A stretch of DNA of 64,000 nucleotides from Brevibacterium luteolum (GTDB lineage Bacteria > Actinomycetota > Actinomycetes > Actinomycetales > Brevibacteriaceae), in assembly GCF_013004595.1 (NCBI RefSeq), contig NZ_JABEMC010000010.1:1-64000 (forward strand). The letters are read 5' to 3'. Each line of letters begins with the position of its first letter. Positions within the stretch are counted from its first letter, which is position 1. The notes under the pieces are model-generated. The model was given only the letters and a program-made list of their open reading frames with translations. It was not told the DNA's origin and searched no databases. A program made the translations under genes and the position numbers. Positions 58,820 to 64,000 of this stretch are shown piece after piece.

Positions 58820-60712
58820 GTGAGCGATTCAGACACCCGTACCAGCCGATCCGCGAACACTCGCAGCGCGCAGGAGATCCTCGAAGGGGTCTTCGGCTTT
58901 GATGCCTTCCGTGGGGATCAGGCCGAGATCGTCGAGCATGTCAGTGCCGGCGGCGATGCGGTCGTACTCATGCCCACCGGTGGTGGGAAGTCGCTGTGCT
59001 ACCAGGTGCCGGCTCTTGTGCGCGACGGCACTGGGGTGGTGATCTCACCGCTCATCGCGCTCATGGAGGATCAGGTCGCAGCGCTGCGCGCCAATGGCGT
59101 CCAGGCGGCCTTTCTCAACTCGACGCTGAGCTGGGAGGATGTCCAGCAGGTCGAGGCGGCGCTGCTCGCCGGTGAACTCGACCTGCTCTATCTGGCACCT
59201 GAGCGTCTCGTCCAGGAGCGCACGCTGGCCGTGCTGGAGCGCGCACGGATTTCGCTGTTCGCCATCGATGAGGCGCACTGCGTCTCTCAGTGGGGCCACG
59301 ATTTCCGCACCGACTATCTGGGCTTGGCGGTGCTGGCAGACCGGTTTCCCGGGGTTCCGCGCATCGCGCTGACGGCTACCGCGACGCAGGCCACGCACGT
59401 TGAGCTGACCGAACGCCTCAAACTCGACGGTGCCCGGCATTTCGTTGCGAGTTTCGACCGGCCCAACATCCAGTACCGCATCGAACCGAAATCCCGGGCG
59501 CGTCAGCAGCTGCTGCGGTTTCTGCGCACCGAGCATGCCGGGGATGCCGGGATCGTCTACTGCCTCTCCCGCCGCGGCGTCGAGCAGACAGCGGAGTTCC
59601 TGCGCGGCGAGGGCTTGGCCGCACTGCCCTATCATGCGGGTCTGAGTGAGGTGGAGCGGGCGGAGAATCAGCGCCGGTTCCTCCGCGAGGAGGGCATCAT
59701 CATGGTCGCCACGATCGCGTTCGGGATGGGGATCGACAAACCCGATGTGCGCTTCGTCGCCCATCTCGACCTGCCGAAGTCTGTGGAGGGCTACTACCAG
59801 GAGACGGGACGGGCCGGTCGTGACGGGCTGCCGTCGACGGCGTGGATGGCCTATGGTCTCGGCGATGTCGTGCAGCTGGGCAGGATGATCGACCAGTCAG
59901 AGGGTTCGGCGGCGCACCGCCGGCGCCAGCGTGAGCACCTTGAGGCGATGCTCGCCCTGTGCGAGACGGTCGAATGCCGCAGGGTGCAGATTCTGCGCTA
60001 CTTCGGCCAAGACGCCAGGCCCTGCGGCAACTGCGATACGTGTCTGCAGCCGCCCCGCACCTGGGATGCGACAGTGCCGGTGCAGAAGCTCATGTCAGCG
60101 GTCATCCGCCTCGACCGCCAGCGCGGGGAGCGCTTTGGGGCCGGGCAGATCATCGATGTGCTGCGCGGACGGGTCAGTGATCGTTCGACTGCTTCACGGC
60201 ATGAGGAGCTGAGTGTGTGGGGCGTCGGTGCCGATCTCTCCCCGGCGGTCTGGCGTTCGATCGTCCGGCAGCTGCTGGCCCGCGGGCTGCTGCAGGCCAT
60301 CGGCGATTACGGGGTGCTCGTCGTCCCGGAGGCGGCTGGTCCGGTGCTGCGCGGTGAAGAGTCTGTGCTGTTGCGCGAGGATGTGCAGGGTCCCGGCAAC
60401 CGGACTCCTCGGTCGGGCGACGGCGCATCTGCTGGGCCCGGTCGTAGCCGGCGCAGCCGAAGCGCTGCAGCAGAGCTGACCGGTGCTGATGCCGAGCTGT
60501 TCGAAACCCTGCGCTCCTGGCGCACCCGGGAAGCGTCGAGCCAGGGGGTGCCGCCCTATGTGGTGTTCTCCGATGCGACCCTGGTGGGAATCGTACGCGC
60601 TCGGCCCACCGACTCAGCCGCCCTCAACGAGGTCAGCGGCGTGGGTGCGACGAAACTCGACCGCTACGGTGACGCCGTCCTGGGCATCGTCGCCGAGGCG
60701 ACAGCTGACTGA
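58820..60712 (+). CDS. recQ: ATP-dependent DNA helicase RecQ
   Basis: [38 protein letters not shown], Zn-binding CGNCD, HRDC domain. Confidence 0.96.
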   Translation: MSDSDTRTSRSANTRSAQEILEGVFGFDAFRGDQAEIVEHVSAGGDAVVLMPTGGGKSLCYQVPALVRDGTGVVISPLIALMEDQVAALRANGVQAAFLNSTLSWEDVQQVEAALLAGELDLLYLAPERLVQERTLAVLERARISLFAIDEAHCVSQWGHDFRTDYLGLAVLADRFPGVPRIALTATATQATHVELTERLKLDGARHFVASFDRPNIQYRIEPKSRARQQLLRFLRTEHAGDAGIVYCLSRRGVEQTAEFLRGEGLAALPYHAGLSEVERAENQRRFLREEGIIMVATIAFGMGIDKPDVRFVAHLDLPKSVEGYYQETGRAGRDGLPSTAWMAYGLGDVVQLGRMIDQSEGSAAHRRRQREHLEAMLALCETVECRRVQILRYFGQDARPCGNCDTCLQPPRTWDATVPVQKLMSAVIRLDRQRGERFGAGQIIDVLRGRVSDRSTASRHEELSVWGVGADLSPAVWRSIVRQLLARGLLQAIGDYGVLVVPEAAGPVLRGEESVLLREDVQGPGNRTPRSGDGASAGPGRSRRSRSAAAELTGADAELFETLRSWRTREASSQGVPPYVVFSDATLVGIVRARPTDSAALNEVSGVGATKLDRYGDAVLGIVAEATAD

Positions 60713-60819
60713 GCTGTCCGGTCTGCCAGGTGCCGTCAGCACAGCCTCCGGGTGCCGTCGGCTCCGAAGGTGGCGATGACAATCGGGCCTTCCAGCTGCC
60801 GAACGGATCGGCAGCCGGT

Positions 60820-61968
60820 TCACCCAGCTGTCGTGATCGAGTCGTCGGTGATGCCGGCCGCTTGCCGGGCAGCGAGACGGTCCTTCTGCGGTTCGATGAC
60901 GTGCTTGGGGTCCTTCGTCGACTCCAGACCGGCTTCCAGGACGCCGAACCGGGTCAGAGCGGAGGCGGCCAGCAGCGCAGTTCCCGAGGCGGCGGCGACG
61001 AGCCGGTTGCCGGCGAACAGCGTGCCGATGCCGCCGGCGATCGCCAGGCGCTCAGCCCATGTGAGCTTGGCACCCGGCTTGCCGGTCTCGAGCGGCTCTG
61101 CTTCGGCCGGGTGCATGTGGTCCTTCATGACGTGCATGGCGACGACATCGCCGACCACGCCGAGGGCCGCGAGCGCCCGTGCTGGGGCGGTCTGAGCAGC
61201 GGGGGTCGTCACCATCGCAGCGCCGCCGGCAGCAAGACTGGCCGAGGAGACGAACACATACGGCAGGTGCTTGCGGGCTCCATGCCAGGTCGGCACGGCG
61301 GTGTCGGAGAGCAGCACGGCGGTGTAGGCGGCCAGGGGTGCCGCGAGCACTGCGGCTGCCAGCCCGGACGGCCCTTCAACTCCCCGCAGCACCGGACGCA
61401 GCGGGCCCAGCGGCAGCTTCTCACCGGTGAGGCGGTCGATCTCAGAGGCTGCGGCGACTCCCATCGGCGTGGAGAAGCCGGCGAGGATCCAGGAGCCGAG
61501 GCTCATCGGGGAGGTGACTTTGACGGTGCGCATCATGTTGAGGAACCGTTCGGGCCGGCCGAGGTCCATGATGAGGGCGACCGCGCCAGCGCTGACAGCT
61601 CCGAGGGCCGTCAGCCGCGTATTGCGGCGCAGCAGCTCCCGGCCGGTCAGCTGCGCGCCGAGAGCCAGCAGCCCGGAACCCCCGGCGAGCCCGCCGAGGA
61701 ACAGGTAGGTCGAGATCTCATGCCCCCACGGCGGGGCCTTGACAATGGGCCGGCCGTAATACGAGGTGAACTGCGCCTCGGCGACCATCGGCATCTCCCG
61801 CGAGCCATCCGCCACGCCGCCTCGGCGGCGGCCGCCGCCGGGACCGGCACCTCGGGCGCGGCCGCGGCCCTGAGCACCGTCGTCGCTGCGGGAGCGGCGG
61901 AACAGGTCGCGCCTGCGCCTCCGCGGCGGCTCGGGCGGGCGGTAGGAGTCGAATTCGCTGGTCGTCAC
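60820..61968 (-). CDS. NrfD/PsrC-family membrane subunit of formate dehydrogenase
   Basis: YLFLGGLAGG, DLGRPERF, SPMSLGSW, YTAVLL. Confidence 0.88.
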   Translation of the reverse strand: MTTSEFDSYRPPEPPRRRRRDLFRRSRSDDGAQGRGRARGAGPGGGRRRGGVADGSREMPMVAEAQFTSYYGRPIVKAPPWGHEISTYLFLGGLAGGSGLLALGAQLTGRELLRRNTRLTALGAVSAGAVALIMDLGRPERFLNMMRTVKVTSPMSLGSWILAGFSTPMGVAAASEIDRLTGEKLPLGPLRPVLRGVEGPSGLAAAVLAAPLAAYTAVLLSDTAVPTWHGARKHLPYVFVSSASLAAGGAAMVTTPAAQTAPARALAALGVVGDVVAMHVMKDHMHPAEAEPLETGKPGAKLTWAERLAIAGGIGTLFAGNRLVAAASGTALLAASALTRFGVLEAGLESTKDPKHVIEPQKDRLAARQAAGITDDSITTAG

Positions 61969-61978
61969 GCGCTCTCCC

Positions 61979-63112
61979 TCATTTCCGGCCCCCGAGGAAG
62001 GCGAGCGCGGTCGCCGCGAGCATCCCGGCGGCGGCGATGCCGGCGGTTTTGAACATCTGCGGCAGGTCCTTCGTCGCCACGCGCGGGTCCGGCGGCAGGC
62101 CGTAGACCTCGGGTTCGTCGAGCAGCAGGAACACCGAGCCGGTGCCGCCGACGCCGTCATTGGGATTGGCGCCGTAGAGGCGGGCTTCGGTCATGCCCTG
62201 GGCGTGGAGGTCGCGGACGCGCTGTTCGGCAGTGGCGACCATGTCGGCCCGATCCCCGAACTTGATCGAGGTCGTCGGGCAGGTCTTCGCGCACGCCGGC
62301 TGGTCGCCGGCGACGAGCCGGTCGTAGCACAGGGTGCATTTGTTCGCCGTTCCCGGGTGCGGTACGTCCTGGTCGATCGGCTTGCCGGCAGCCGGGCTTT
62401 CGCGTTCGGCCGGGGGGTTGACGGTGCCGTCGTCGCGGCGTTCGATGACGCCGAACGGGCAGCCGGCCACGCACGTGCCGCAGCCGTTGCACACGTCGGC
62501 CTGGACGACGACGGTGCCGAACTCGGTGCGGAACAGCGCGCCGGTCGGGCACACGTCGAGGCAGCCGGCATGCGTGCAGTGCTTGCACACGTCTGAGGCC
62601 ATGAGCCACCGGAACTCCGGGGTGTCCGGCGGGGTGAGGCCAGTGTCTCCGATCGTCTCAGCGGCGGCGAGCGCATCGACCTGCGGGCCCCCGGCTGCTG
62701 CCGGTCCACCCGGTGTGGCAGCACCGGGTGTGGGGGTGTCGTCGTCACGGGTGCGCACGGTCGGCATGCCGAGGTTGACGAGCCTGCGGCCGGATTCGCG
62801 GGCGGCGGCGATCTGTTCGGCGTCCTGTTCGATGAAGGCGACGTGCCGCCACGTGTTCGCCCCGAGCCCGCCGGTGTTGTCGTAGGAGGAGCCGAGGAGT
62901 TCGAGGTTGCCGTCAGCGGGGTTGCGGTTCCATTCCTTGCATGCGACTTCACAGGCCTTGCAGCCGATGCAGATCGAGGTGTCGGTGAAGAAGCCCTTGC
63001 GTTCGTGGGTGTGCTCCCACCCGGTGGCTCCGGCCGGGTCGGCGGTGTCGCTCGGAGTGCTGGTCGCAGCGTTCGGGTGCTGTTCGGCCGGTGCCGTCAT
63101 CGGTGCGCTCAT
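61979..63112 (-). CDS. Formate dehydrogenase iron-sulfur (beta) subunit
   Basis: CIGCKACEVAC, CKHC...C...CP, CNGCGTCVAGCP, KCTLC...CAKTCP. Confidence 0.93.
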   Translation of the reverse strand: MSAPMTAPAEQHPNAATSTPSDTADPAGATGWEHTHERKGFFTDTSICIGCKACEVACKEWNRNPADGNLELLGSSYDNTGGLGANTWRHVAFIEQDAEQIAAARESGRRLVNLGMPTVRTRDDDTPTPGAATPGGPAAAGGPQVDALAAAETIGDTGLTPPDTPEFRWLMASDVCKHCTHAGCLDVCPTGALFRTEFGTVVVQADVCNGCGTCVAGCPFGVIERRDDGTVNPPAERESPAAGKPIDQDVPHPGTANKCTLCYDRLVAGDQPACAKTCPTTSIKFGDRADMVATAEQRVRDLHAQGMTEARLYGANPNDGVGGTGSVFLLLDEPEVYGLPPDPRVATKDLPQMFKTAGIAAAGMLAATALAFLGGRK

Positions 63113-63999
63113 GACGAGCCCTCCTCCTTCTCAGGTTCGTGGAAGCGGTTGGCGACATCGACGTCGGCTCCGGCGTCGGCATCGTCTTCATGCGTATAGG
63201 CGCCCTGCTGGGCTTCCGGCGGAGTATCCCACTGGTCGCCGGGCCGGTCGTCCTGGTGTGCCTTGTCGGTCATGCGGCCTGCGGCGTCGATGAGGCCGGC
63301 GCGGCGCCGGTAGTCGTCGACGAGCTCTTCAAGCTCAGGGCCGCGTGGGCGCCGGCCGGGGATGATGTCGCAGGCACCGGTCTTCGAATCCTGGATGAGG
63401 ACGTTGGGGTCGAGTGTGATGCCGAGCAGATCGTTGACGGCGTCGCCGACGATGTGCGCCTGGGCGCCGACACCCCAGTGATACGGCAGCCCGATCTGGT
63501 GGACGGTGCGCTGGCTGCCGGCTGCTGCACTGCCGACGCGTATCGGAGTCACGCGCTCGGTGACGAGCAGCCGGACTTCGATCGCGGCGCGCGGGGAGAT
63601 GATCGTCGCCCAGCCATAAGGTTCAAGCCCGCGTTCGGCAGCCAGTTCCGGGGACACCTCGGCGAACAGCTCGGGCTGCAGCTCTGAGAGATAGGGCAGC
63701 CACCGGCTCATACCGCCGGCGGTGTGGTGTTCAGTGAGCCGATAGGTGGTGAAGATGAAGGGATAGACGCCTGCGCCTGCCTGCCCCGGCAGCGGAGCCA
63801 TGAGGTTGTCCCTGCGGTCGAACATCACTTGGGCGGGGCTGTGCTGCTGGCGATAGAGCGGGTTGGGCACCGGGGATTCCTGCGCCTCGTAATGGGTCGG
63901 CAGGGGCCCGTCGACGACTCCGGTCGGCGCGTAGAGCCAGCCCTTGCCGTCGGGCTGCATGACGAAGGCGTCGGCGCCGGTCAGCGCCGCCGGCCCGCC
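63109..63999 (-). CDS. Formate dehydrogenase alpha subunit, C-terminal part (runs off the window)
   Basis: GPLPTHYE, TTYRLTEHHTAG, ELQPELFAEVS, GLPYHWG; FdnG-type C-terminal molybdopterin-binding domain. Frame is open to the window end. Confidence 0.9.
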   Translation of the reverse strand, partial: GGPAALTGADAFVMQPDGKGWLYAPTGVVDGPLPTHYEAQESPVPNPLYRQQHSPAQVMFDRRDNLMAPLPGQAGAGVYPFIFTTYRLTEHHTAGGMSRWLPYLSELQPELFAEVSPELAAERGLEPYGWATIISPRAAIEVRLLVTERVTPIRVGSAAAGSQRTVHQIGLPYHWGVGAQAHIVGDAVNDLLGITLDPNVLIQDSKTGACDIIPGRRPRGPELEELVDDYRRRAGLIDAAGRMTDKAHQDDRPGDQWDTPPEAQQGAYTHEDDADAGADVDVANRFHEPEKEEGSS

Positions 64000-64000
64000 C

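Overview
High-GC actinobacterial chromosome segment; Micrococcales/Brevibacterium-like is my inference from gene content. Left to right: a triple-nested IS scar (IS481 end, in an IS3 end, in an IS3 orfA, in an EamA pseudogene); aqpZ; a MacAB-like ABC exporter with a two-component system; a PucR/mmsA/class-III aminotransferase cluster; a stand-alone, nuclease-intact TnpB with its omega-RNA; an IclR-P450-MIO lyase-MFS-PDR reductase cluster; nitronate monooxygenase; GGT; nrdI plus a metal-free class Ie (QSK) nrdF; an SSS/acyl-CoA dehydrogenase/CoA-transferase operon; an IdeR box with a candidate sRNA; a yqjG-like GST; a phenylacetate (paa) cluster interrupted by an Abi (HEPN) gene with a structured 5' RNA and by a zeta-toxin pair; Lrp with a 2-oxoacid dehydrogenase; SSS/RpiR/amidohydrolase; selB-selA-selC/selD; recQ; and the 3' part of a formate dehydrogenase operon. 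Best candidates for novelty: (1) the P450 + MIO-lyase cluster with an atypical Ala-Asp selectivity pair, (2) a putative IdeR-repressed hairpin sRNA, (3) the Abi HEPN + ncRNA module, (4) the promoter-equipped orphan TnpB, (5) a class Ie R2 behind a palindromic operator, and (6) a strongly over-represented CCGCCTCGGG motif. All calls are by eye; no database searches were run.
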